DNA of 63,418 nt, counting the filler, from Octopus bimaculoides (taxonomy: Eukaryota), in the NCBI RefSeq assembly GCF_001194135.2. It is 8 parts of 7 records of this genome, joined end to end, with 100 filler letters (N's around TTAATTAATTAA, not from the genome) between each part and the next. Parts side by side here need not be neighbours in the genome. Positions count along the whole stretch, not along the records: positions 51,677 to 58,018 come from NC_068994.1; positions 58,119 to 62,123 come from NC_068982.1; positions 62,224 to 63,418 come from NW_026370989.1; 5 more parts are not named here. One strand, given 5' to 3'. Position numbers and translations under genes: made by a program. A model generated the notes under the pieces. That model saw only the letters and a program-made list of their open reading frames with translations. It was not told the DNA's origin and did no database searches. How positions within the stretch are numbered: the first letter of the stretch is position 1; every line of letters begins with the position of its first letter. Shown piece after piece: positions 51,915 to 63,418 of this stretch.

Positions 51915-54900
51915 GAAGGGTGTTGTTATTAAACAGTCTGGGAAAGAACGGTGCAAAGGAAAAAGGGTATATTATTATATAATCTAATATGGCTACTTTT
52001 GTGTAGGTGGTGTATTGTGAAACGTAGAAAGAATTTCAAAATCTCTTATGGGAAGGAGGGGAGATCTGTGTCTCGGCCGGCCCTGAGAGGATGTAGTATA
52101 TAACAAAACGAGAGAAGATTAGAGAAAAGAACTCCATGTTTAATGTCTGATATTGCCTGAAATAGTAGAGAAATTTCTCTCATATCACAACACACCCGCC
52201 TCATCGTCTTAAAGAGAGATGCTTCTAGACGATGTAATCTTTGATAAACGAAATAGTCCTGATGATAATAGATGGAACGTTTTTAATCATAAGTCTGCTT
52301 GCTCAGTACTGACCTCGGGCTAATCGACGACATCAAAATCTTCCTCAAATCACTAAGACTATGGCTTTGATAAATTAATATATATTACTCTGTTATGTTA
52401 TTTTCTGTTATGGAGTTCTTTCTTTATACTTACGTCTCTTTGTTCCAACATCGTACATGCATACATACATGCATGCAATTACGCACGTAAATACCCACAA
52501 GCATACATAGATACATACATACATACATACATACATACATGCATGCATGCATACATACATTGTGTATGCGCACGCGCATGTGAGCGTCCATGTGTGAAAA
52601 TGTACAAGATTTAGAAAAATGCTCATGAGGTTACACTAATCGAATTAGGTAGATTAAACCATGCCATATTTCTTTTACGGTTCTTGTTTTTATCTTGGCT
52701 AGATTTAAATAACTAACTTTTTTGTTCTTTAAAACTACTACTAGACATCGTTTATTAAATGAATTTTCGAAAAAAAAAAATTGATGATTCAATACTTAGA
52801 ATCATTTTTTTTAAAGGATGCATTGCAAATTTATAATTACGATTTATGAATGGCTAAAATTGCGTTATCGAATTATTTGGTTTAAGACAGGGTTGCAGTT
52901 TAGTGTTATCTAATTTAAATGTTACGTCTAAGAAATATACTATTTTGTTTTTACATTATATTTAATTATTTGTTTCAAGGTAGAGTCTGAATTTATTTAA
53001 TTTAAATTTTACATCTAAGAAATGTTACTATTTTAAGTATGCTACAGACAGTATTCGTGTTTAAATCATGAAATAACATAATTAGTAACGATTGCATCGT
53101 GGAAGACACATGTTAGCTATTTAAAAACACCCAAACATACTTAACATCACTTAAACAACAATTGTTTGTGATTTGGTGTCGAAATCTTTCGTTACTCCAA
53201 ACTGCGGTCTGCTCATTGACAACGTTAGTGTTTGTCTGTTTCTGAATGGCTAACTTGTGTCTCCCACGCTGCAATCGCTTTCGTTTCGACATATGGTCGT
53301 TCGTAGATCTAAACATTGGCCATGCAAGTACATCTCCCTAACGTAATTAGTGTTCTTATGAATTCATTTGATTGCATTCGTTTGAGAGTTTCTCTAATTA
53401 GAAAGTCGTCATCCGTTTGTAAACCACCTGCAGTATAATTTAATCCAGCATAAATCGGAATGAAAGTATACAAAGCGATTAATACTCGAAATCCCACTGG
53501 AATCCTTTGCTTTCACACTAATATCAAAAAGTGTAATCTTCTAATAATAAATATTTCGTCTAAGGCGGCGAGCGGGCAGAGACGTTAGCACGCCGGGCGA
53601 AATGCTTAGCGGTATTTCGTCTGTCTTTATGTTCTGAGTTCATAATACGCCGAGGTGGACTTTGTATTTCATCCTTTCGGGTTCGATAAATTAAAAACCA
53701 GTTGCATACTGGGGCCGATCTAATCGACTGGCTCCCTCTCCCAAAATTTCGGACCTTGTGCCTAATGTAGAAAAGAATAGATATTTCGTCTAAGGCAGAA
53801 TCGTTAGTACAATATTTCGTCTGACTTCAAAATTGGTGGGGGTGCCTCTAATTAGCTAATCATCTATTGAATGCACACTTCTTCCCATTCGTACAAGCCT
53901 TTAGCCATGAGTCACCAGAATAATATAATAATATGAAACATGTGGCAGAAGGATAGTGAAATAATGTTAACCATACAACATGGTATTACCGATTGTTGGT
54001 ATTATAGTTGTTGGTACATGAATCAACCAGGAAAGGACAAAGAAACGGAATGGTTTGGTCATGGTGCTCCAGCATGGCCGCAGTCGAGTGACTGGAACAA
54101 ATAAAAGAATAAAAAGAATACCACAGAGAAAATAATGACCACCATAGAAGGCAGAGAAAAATCCTTTGGGATGCTCAGAAATGGTAAGTCTAATTTCGGC
54201 CGCTTAAATGCCCCCGAAAATCTTACTCTCTCTCTCTCACGCACCCCCCCCCCATACAAACACACACACACGCGCACACATATATGATGATAGACGTAGG
54301 TAGACAGTAGTTTTATATCAGTTATGAGAGAGATTTAATCTATGAGAATGCACAATGGCTCCACAGGTTATCGGTGCTATGACTTTATGTCGGCATCGGA
54401 TGTGAAGATGAGTGAAAAACCCGCTGCCCTCCTAGCGAGTCTCTTGAATTACAAACGCTTCCTTGTCATTCTCGCTGTGACGAATGTAATGAAAACAAGT
54501 GGTTGACCGGCTGGGAACCTCTTACCAACATCGCAACGCCATCGTTCACTAAACAAGGTAATACATAACATACATACATACATACATGCATACATACATA
54601 CATACATACATACATACATACTTACATACATGCATATATACAAATATACATGCATACATGCATGCATAACTGACATACATACACACATTCATACATACAT
54701 ATACATACATACAAATATACATACATGCACACACATACATACATCAGTGCATACATTCATACGTATATACATACATACAGGTGGACACATACATATGTGT
54801 GTATGTAAGAATATAAATATATATATATATAAATGTATCAATGCATATGTATTTATATGTGTGTATATGAACATTGGCACACACACACACACACGTACAG

Positions 54901-56828
54901 AGAGACACGCACACACATANNNNNNNNNNNNNNNNNNNNNNNNNNNNNNNNNNNNNNNNNNNNNNNNNNNNNNNNNNNNNNNNNNNNNNNNNNNNNNNNN
55001 NNNNNNNNNNNNNNNNNNNNNNNNNNNNNNNNNNNNNNNNNNNNNNNNNNNNNNNNNNNNNNNNNNNNNNNNNNNNNNNNNNNNNNNNNNNNNNNNNNNN
55101 NNNNNNNNNNNNNNNNNNNNNNNNNNNNNNNNNNNNNNNNNNNNNNNNNNNNNNNNNNNNNNNNNNNNNNNNNNNNNNNNNNNNNNNNNNNNNNNNNNNN
55201 NNNNNNNNNNNNNNNNNNNNNNNNNNNNNNNNNNNNNNNNNNNNNNNNNNNNNNNNNNNNNNNNNNNNNNNNNNNNNNNNNNNNNNNNNNNNNNNNNNNN
55301 NNNNNNNNNNNNNNNNNNNNNNNNNNNNNNNNNNNNNNNNNNNNNNNNNNNNNNNNNNNNNNNNNNNNNNNNNNNNNNNNNNNNNNNNNNNNNNNNNNNN
55401 NNNNNNNNNNNNNNNNNNNNNNNNNNNNNNNNNNNNNNNNNNNNNNNNNNNNNNNNNNNNNNNNNNNNNNNNNNNNNNNNNNNNNNNNNNNNNNNNNNNN
55501 NNNNNNNNNNNNNNNNNNNNNNNNNNNNNNNNNNNNNNNNNNNNNNNNNNNNNNNNNNNNNNNNNNNNNNNNNNNNNNNNNNNNNNNNNNNNNNNNNNNN
55601 NNNNNNNNNNNNNNNNNNNNNNNNNNNNNNNNNNNNNNNNNNNNNNNNNNNNNNNNNNNNNNNNNNNNNNNNNNNNNNNNNNNNNNNNNNNNNNNNNNNN
55701 NNNNNNNNNNNNNNNNNNNNNNNNNNNNNNNNNNNNNNNNNNNNNNNNNNNNNNNNNNNNNNGTGGTGGTGGTGGTGGTGGTGGTGGTGGTGGTGGTGGT
55801 GATGATGAAGTTGGTGGAAGTGGTAATGGCGGTGGAAGTGGTGATGGTGGCGGTAGTGGTTGTGGTGTTGATGATAGTGATGGTGGTGGTGGTGGTGGTG
55901 GTGATGACGGCAGTAGTGATTGTGGAGTTGGTGGTGGTAGCGGTGGTGGTGTTGGTGGTGATTGTAGTGCTTATGCTGTCGTTACACTCGACTGATCTTA
56001 TGGACTGCAAAATTCGTGTAAGCAAAAGTAGCGTCTTGGGAAGTCAATTATTGGCTTGATAATGATGATGATGATGACGACGACGGCGACGGCGACGATG
56101 CTGATGATGATGATGATGATGATGATAATGATGATGATGATGGAGATCTTGATGATGGTGGTGATGAAGAATATGAATATGATTATAGCAATGGTGGTGG
56201 TGGTGGTGGTCGTAGTGGTGGGTGGTAGTCGTTTGGTCATGACTGCAGTTTTGGTGCCGATGGTTATAGTTGTGGTTAAGGTGAAAATGATGATGATGAT
56301 GATGATGAGGATGATGATGATGAGGATGATGATGGTGGTGGTGGTGGTGGTGGTAGTGGTGGTGGTGTGGATGATGGTTGTGATGATGATGATGAAAACT
56401 ATGATTGTCCGGACCTTAGTAAGTGGGCATTTGTAGTGAGCGCTTCGGTGCCTAATATTCTGTTCTCTTATATCATCGTCAGCACCAGATACTCTCGAAT
56501 TCTAAGCGAGCCATTGTATAAGAGTCAGAAACGAGAGATTATGTAAATTTGCTTCAGATGCAATGAAATCGACAATGCCTTGTGTTTCTCTAAGGTTTGT
56601 TGAGTACAGATGACAACGTCTCTCTTCCGACAAATACATGGTGCAGCAGAAAATCGAACCATAATCGGTGTGATGCTAGCGAAATTAAACAACAACAGTG
56701 TACTCAAATGACTAACTTTCTTACTGTTGTTTCTTCTGGTTGAGATTTTTTATGATTTCGGCTTAAACCGGTGAATGTTGTGAGTTTACAGCTGAAAACT
56801 TTATCAAAATGTGGTGAAGCTGCTACTG

Positions 56829-56874
<46 letters not shown>

Positions 56875-57042
56875 CACTAATGCTGCTGCTGCTGCTGCTG
56901 CTACTACTTTTTGTTATTATTATCGCACTCGGTTCAGGAGAAGTAGATGAAGCCTGAAAATGAAGGCGAATGATATGAATATGTGTGTGTGCGTGTGTGT
57001 CACATATAATATAGCATACAAACATATATACACATTTATATA

Positions 57043-57076
<34 letters not shown>

Positions 57077-57663
57077 TATTTGTATTATTCTACATGTATA
57101 TATATATATATAATATAATATAGGATAAATTCTTTATAAGAATTTATCAAGTAGTCAGCGTGAAAAAACCTCAATGAAAAAATAACGAAAAATTTCGTAA
57201 TGAAAAAATTCATCGTTTCTTCATAGATATATTTAATTATATATAAAAAGGGCATTAACTGTGTATCAATGCCTCACGCTATCGAGGGACTAATATATAT
57301 ATNNNNNNNNNNNNNNNNNNNNNNNNNNNNNNNNNNNNNNNNNNNNNNNNNNNNNNNNNNNNNNNNNNNNNNNNNNNNNNNNNNNNNNNNNNNNNNNNNN
57401 NNNNNNNNNNNNNNNNNNNNNNNNNNNNNNNNNNNNNNNNNNNNNNNNNNNNNNNNNNNNNNNNNNNNNNNNNNNNNNNNNNNNNNNNNNNNNNNNNNNN
57501 NNNNNNNNNNNNNNNNNNNNNNNNNNNNNNNNNNNNNNNNNNNNNNNNNNNNNNNNNNNNNNNNNNNNNNNNNNNNNNNNNNNNNNNNNNNNNNNNNNNN
57601 NNNNNNNNNNNNNNNNNNNNNNNNNNNNNNNNNNNNNNNNNNNNNNNNNNNNNNNNNNNNNNN

Positions 57664-57717
<54 letters not shown>

Positions 57718-57982
57718 CTTTATTTGCTTGGACGTGCTTACATCAATGAGCATTTGCTGGCCAAGAAATACCAAGCGAAATGTAACAAGTGAACAAGTGA
57801 AAAGCAAGCGAGGCTGACATTCAACAACCAACACTGAAAGATGTATAGGCAGACATGTAACGACATGCAAACAGCTATCAAACAAATGCACCAAACACAT
57901 AACAATAGCTGGGTTGCTTTCGTTACACACAAAGCCCAATGATTGGTAATCGCTTCGATGGACTGATCCCACACAATTAAAT

Positions 57983-58018
<36 letters not shown>

Positions 58019-59138
58019 NNNNNNNNNNNNNNNNNNNNNNNNNNNNNNNNNNNNNNNNNNNNTTAATTAATTAANNNNNNNNNNNNNNNNNNNNNNNNNN
58101 NNNNNNNNNNNNNNNNNNTATATATATATATATGTATGTATATATACATATATGCGACGAGTTCCTTTCAGTTTCCATCTACCAAGTCCTACATATTTAT
58201 AATGTATGTTGGTAAATATGTATGTATTGGCTGATTTTGACTTCAGCTTTCATCTCATTACTGGAGTCTCAGCGGCGCCACCGTGACATACGGCGTGTTT
58301 TGGGGTTGTTTCACTGTTAGCGGTTCTCATTCCTGAATTGGATCAGTCAACACAATTGATGTCTTCATGAAAGAGAGAACGACGGATGAACAGACAGAGA
58401 TACAGAACAAAAGATAAATGAGTGAGGAGAATCGACTCCAGTAAAAAGACTGGTGCTTTACGTATCTAACCCAAAACGATGACAGGCAAAACAGAACACG
58501 GTATATTCTACAAATTGGCTGGTTGAACGAACACACACACACACATACATACACACACAGATATGGTTACAGCTTGCTGCGAAACCCACCCACCCGACTT
58601 ACAGAAATGTTTCTCTTTTCATGGAATTTCGTAGATGCGTTACTCAAATAGTTGGGGGTAGACATTCCAGTAGAATAACTGTCCAAGTAATGAGAGCAAA
58701 GAAAATAAGAGACCGATTGAATTGACAAAAGGCTTAAAAAACAAGTCCAGGGTTCCATTTGTCATATCCATATGACCCCCGGGGATCCATATAAGGATGA
58801 GGAAGATGTCAGGTGGCTGGAGATGTGCAAAAAAAAGAAAAAGAAAAACAGCCAAATCTCCTTTAAATCACATCTTTTCGTCTGATAATTATTTTAAAAC
58901 AGAAAGAAATGAGAGATTCGGAATGTCCGTATTTTAAGACTCCGTTTGAAAACAAAAATTACGATAAAGAGTGGAAATCTTAGGATTTTTAGAAGATTAA
59001 AAAAAAAAAAATTGCATAATCGAATAAATTACCGTGTGTAAAAGACAAATTCGCAAAGCGTTTCTGAAAATTCTCAAAATAGAAAGAAGTTACCAGTGAG
59101 TTATATCAGGTACTCAAACAAGAATACATACATCCACA

Positions 59139-59170
<32 letters not shown>

Positions 59171-59585
59171 NNNNNNNNNNNNNNNNNNNNNNNNNNNNNN
59201 NNNNNNNNNNNNNNNNNNNNNNNNNNNNNNNNNNNNNNNNNNNNNNNNNNNNNNNNNNNNNNNNNNNNNNNNNNNNNNNNNNNNNNNNNNNNNNNNNNNN
59301 NNNNNNNNNNNNNNNNNNNNNNNNNNNNNNNNNNNNNNNNNNNNNNNNNNNNNNNNNNNNNNNNNNNNNNNNNNNNNNNNNNNNNNNNNNNNNNNNNNNN
59401 NNNNNNNNNNNNNNNNNNNNNNNNNNNNNNNNNNNNNNNNNNNNNNNNNNNNNNNNNNNNNNNNNNNNNNNNNNNNNNNNNNNNNNNNNNNNNNNNNNNN
59501 NNNNNNNNNNNNNNNNNNNNNNNNNNNNNNNNNNNNNNNNNNNNNNNNNNNNNNNNNNNNNNNNNNNNNNNNNNNNNNNNNNNNN

Positions 59586-59655
<70 letters not shown>

Positions 59656-60045
59656 ATATGTTGTTGTTGATGTTATATATTTGTGTTTAGGAGTAGGAAA
59701 GCATGCAGAACTATAAACAGAACCAACTTCCGACTTTAAGAAATATGACGACTAGATAAGTCGAATATGCGATATCTACACCGGCGTTCTTACATTACTC
59801 ACCTTATCGTCAAATATGTACAGGCGTAGTTGGTGAAAAGTAAGTATACAAATAAAATTGTAAGACATTCCTGAATTGCATACGTCCATACATGCGTGTG
59901 CATGTACTACACACACACACACACACACGTGTATGTACGTATGTATAGTTATACACATCTGTAAATGTGTATTTATTTATACGCATATATGCATATACAT
60001 ATACATACATATATACATACATACATATACATACAAACATATATG

Positions 60046-60080
<35 letters not shown>

Positions 60081-60316
60081 GTATGTATGCATGTGTGTAT
60101 GTATAACTGGTATAATATATTAAATTAGATATGACCTGGGCCACCTTCGGCCGAAACTTATCTAAGTAATAAATATAATATATATATATATATCTATATA
60201 TACACACACAAACACATATTTGCACACATACCTATATTATTTATAAATATGTATATGTTTACATGCGCACACATATACATATATACGTATGATCTTTACC
60301 TCTGCCATATAGGTGT

Positions 60317-60367
<51 letters not shown>

Positions 60368-60683
60368 NNNNNNNNNNNNNNNNNNNNNNNNNNNNNNNNN
60401 NNNNNNNNNNNNNNNNNNNNNNNNNNNNNNNNNNNNNNNNNNNNNNNNNNNNNNNNNNNNNNNNNNNNNNNNNNNNNNNNNNNNNNNNNNNNNNNNNNNN
60501 NNNNNNNNNNNNNNNNNNNNNNNNNNNNNNNNNNNNNNNNNNNNNNNNNNNNNNNNNNNNNNNNNNNNNNNNNNNNNNNNNNNNNNNNNNNNNNNNNNNN
60601 NNNNNNNNNNNNNNNNNNNNNNNNNNNNNNNNNNNNNNNNNNNNNNNNNNNNNNNNNNNNNNNNNNNNNNNNNNNNNNNNNNN

Positions 60684-60717
<34 letters not shown>

Positions 60718-61681
60718 GTGTGTGTGTGTACACACATATATGTACGTCTGATTCAGGGAAGTAACCTGAACATAAGTATTTATAGCATTTTGATGTTATA
60801 TATGCCTTACCTTGATGTGTTTAGTAATTATCCTTCTGCAAAAAGTCAAAGAAAGGTTGAATGTTCTGTGTTGATCTAGATAATAGCAAATGACAAAGTT
60901 GTGGATATTCAACGACCACGAGGTACCGTGGTAATTCTAACGGTCTGTGATCGGTTTCAAGCATCGAGAAACAGAGAACTGTCGTCTCATGTCGATAATT
61001 TTTATAAAACAAAAAGATGTAGGTTTGGTAGTTAAAAAAGAAGAAATTGAAGATTAAAATATATTATTTGCACTAAATTCCGTTTCTTTACAGCGAAACC
61101 TATTCTCTTTGGTAGTTATATTCCAACTGGCAAGTGAAAGCAAAAACCAGGGCAATAGGCAAGGGAGTGTAAAAAAAATAACTTGATGCCATACTGCTGT
61201 CTTATAGTTTCCACATTCCCGCTTCCTCTCGCCTCCCTCTGCTATCCTGCTTTATTCCTCGCAGTCATTCTCTCTCTACTTTTCGTGAAATATTGGATGA
61301 AAGATGCGAATATTATCTTATCAGCTACAGTATAGAAAATATATGGAAGCAGGTACGAGTTAAAATGAAATATCAAAATTTCATCAAATTGTTGATATGA
61401 TTCCATCTCGGTACGTCTAAATATATACTTGTGTACGACTCAGTTTATACTTCTGCCCAAGTGGCACTCAGACATGTTTATAACTTCCTTTTTAACTAGA
61501 ATGTAGGAACATTAGTCACCATCCTCAGCCCTTCATCCGTACATATTAGAATTCTAGCACGAACTAGGCGTGAGATGGGGGTTATAAGAGTACTTGATGT
61601 CAACCTGCACCAACACTCAAAAACGCAGAAATGCACACATACATACACATTTAGAAATGTGTGTGTGTGTGTGTGTGTGTG

Positions 61682-62067
61682 TATTGTATTTCGAGACGGT
61701 CGTTTTATTTATTTATTTTTTTTTTTGCCAAATAAACACCATGCACTATATATATTTTTTCTTTACTCGTTTATTACTGTTATTTTATTATTTTAATGCT
61801 TGTCCATTGTCCGGAAATCTTTCGCTACACATCTGTGACCTCTTCAGGACACTTTTCGGAGAATGGAGTAAGTGGAACAAGGACACACACGGAAATGAGA
61901 AATGTCGCTGAAGAGGTCACATATTTCCGGATAATGGACAAGCGTTAAAATAATAAAAGAAAAATAATAAACGGGTGAAAAAAAAAATATAGTGATTGTG
62001 TTTATTTGGTAAAAAAAAAAAGTTATGATAATAATAAATAAAATGACCATCTCGAAATGCAACAATA
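61682..62067. mobile_element. Older foldback/MITE element with about 160-bp degenerate inverted arms
   Basis: 61682-61847 pairs with 61908-62067 (e.g. tttcgagacggtc / gaccatctcgaaa; gtgacctcttcag / ctgaagaggtcac). Confidence 0.75.
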
Positions 62068-62223
62068 TTTGTTTCAACACACATTTTCACATCTGGAATC
62101 TTGTAACACAAAATCATAAACACNNNNNNNNNNNNNNNNNNNNNNNNNNNNNNNNNNNNNNNNNNNNTTAATTAATTAANNNNNNNNNNNNNNNNNNNNN
62201 NNNNNNNNNNNNNNNNNNNNNNN

Positions 62224-62259
<36 letters not shown>

Positions 62260-62665
62260 GTATGTATGTACATGTGTATATGTATGTATAGCAGATGTAT
62301 GTATGTTTGACTACACATGTGCATATATATATACACACACACACACACATATATATATAATGCACTTAAACACGCATGTGCATACATACATAGATATGCA
62401 GACATATATGAACACGTATATATAAAATTGCATATAGATACCTTTATATATATGCACATATAGATATATATACATACATATGATTATCTACATACATGCA
62501 TACATACATACATGCATNNNNNNNNNNTATACATACATATGATTATCTACATACATGCATACATACATACATGCATACAGATATACGATGGAGGTCACTG
62601 AGAACCTCAGAGATAGACAGAACCTCAGAGATAGACAGAACCTCAGAGATAGACAGAACCTCAGG

Positions 62666-62712
<47 letters not shown>

Positions 62713-62921
62713 NNNNNNNNNNNNNNNNNNNNNNNNNNNNNNNNNNNNNNNNNNNNNNNNNNNNNNNNNNNNNNNNNNNNNNNNNNNNNNNNNNNNNNNN
62801 NNNNNNNGACAGACAGACAGACAGACAGATAGATAGGTAGACAGACAGACAGACAGATAGATAGGTAGACAGACAGACAGACAGACAGGTAGATAGATAG
62901 ATAGATAGATANNNNNNNNNN

Positions 62922-62964
<43 letters not shown>

Positions 62965-63382
62965 CTTACCTTGGTGTGTATATATTGTTGTATCTTTCTA
63001 TAAGTATATTTAAATGTATATTAGCGACAGTTAAGGAACGAACCGTGATATAGCAGCAACTTCTACCAACTTTCCTAACAGTCTTTTATAAATACCATTT
63101 TATGGTGCCAGCTCATTGGTCAAAACCAAAACTTATCGATTATTTGCAAAACACACGCATTTCTCTCTCAACATTTATTATCTCCGCCTTATCTTCCTTG
63201 TAGTTCTTGATTTTATTCTCTCCCTCTTTCTCTCCGTCCCACTCACTAGCTCTATCTCTCACTCTCCCTAGCACTTTATTTCTATCATCTAGATCCCCCA
63301 TATTTTTCTATCTATCTATCAGTCTGTCTTTATTTTTCAGTTTTGTTTTGCAGTTAGCTAACTCTCTCTATCTCTATCCTTC

Positions 63383-63418
<36 letters not shown>

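Noticed and set aside
54630-56059. ORFs of 150-400 aa dominated by X (also 36.2-36.8, 41.7-42.6, 49.7-50.5, 57.3-58.0, 59.1-59.7, 60.2-60.9 kb)
   Set aside because: They stay open only because N runs cannot encode stops.
58440-58520. DWCFTY peptide resembling rolling-circle Rep motif I
   Set aside because: Flanked by stops, with no motif II/III or helicase motifs nearby.
62601-62672. Regularly spaced repeats that could suggest a CRISPR array
   Set aside because: The units are contiguous with no unique spacers, there are no cas genes, and the context is eukaryotic.

Overview
AT-rich, microsatellite- and SINE-saturated animal genomic DNA; the repeat families look like those of Octopus, which is an inference from the repeats. 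The window is not one contiguous locus. Seven identical 100-nt spacers (44 N + TTAATTAATTAA + 44 N) join eight pieces: 1-4463, 4564-30646, 30747-35451, 35552-44720, 44821-51576, 51677-58018, 58119-62123 and 62224-63418. The only gene I can support firmly is the 3' two-thirds of Integrator complex subunit 8 (INTS8): 17 plus-strand exons from 4975 to 21049, about 613 aa, phase-consistent through to the stop codon. Its longest visible intron (15010-20012, 5003 nt) has minor-spliceosome (U12-type) signals at both ends: a GTATCCTTT donor, a TTCTTTAAC branch site and no polypyrimidine tract. That intron also contains an 88-bp near-perfect inverted repeat and a miniature mariner remnant. A second, one-ended U12 (AT-AC-like) 3' splice signature lies on the minus strand near 63.0 kb. 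The rest is tRNA-derived SINEs, remnants of RTE, Dong/R4-like and CR1-like LINEs, hAT and pogo MITEs, foldback elements and simple repeats. Most ORFs in the supplied track are microsatellite or N-gap artefacts. All protein identifications come from by-eye comparison with remembered sequences; no searches were run.
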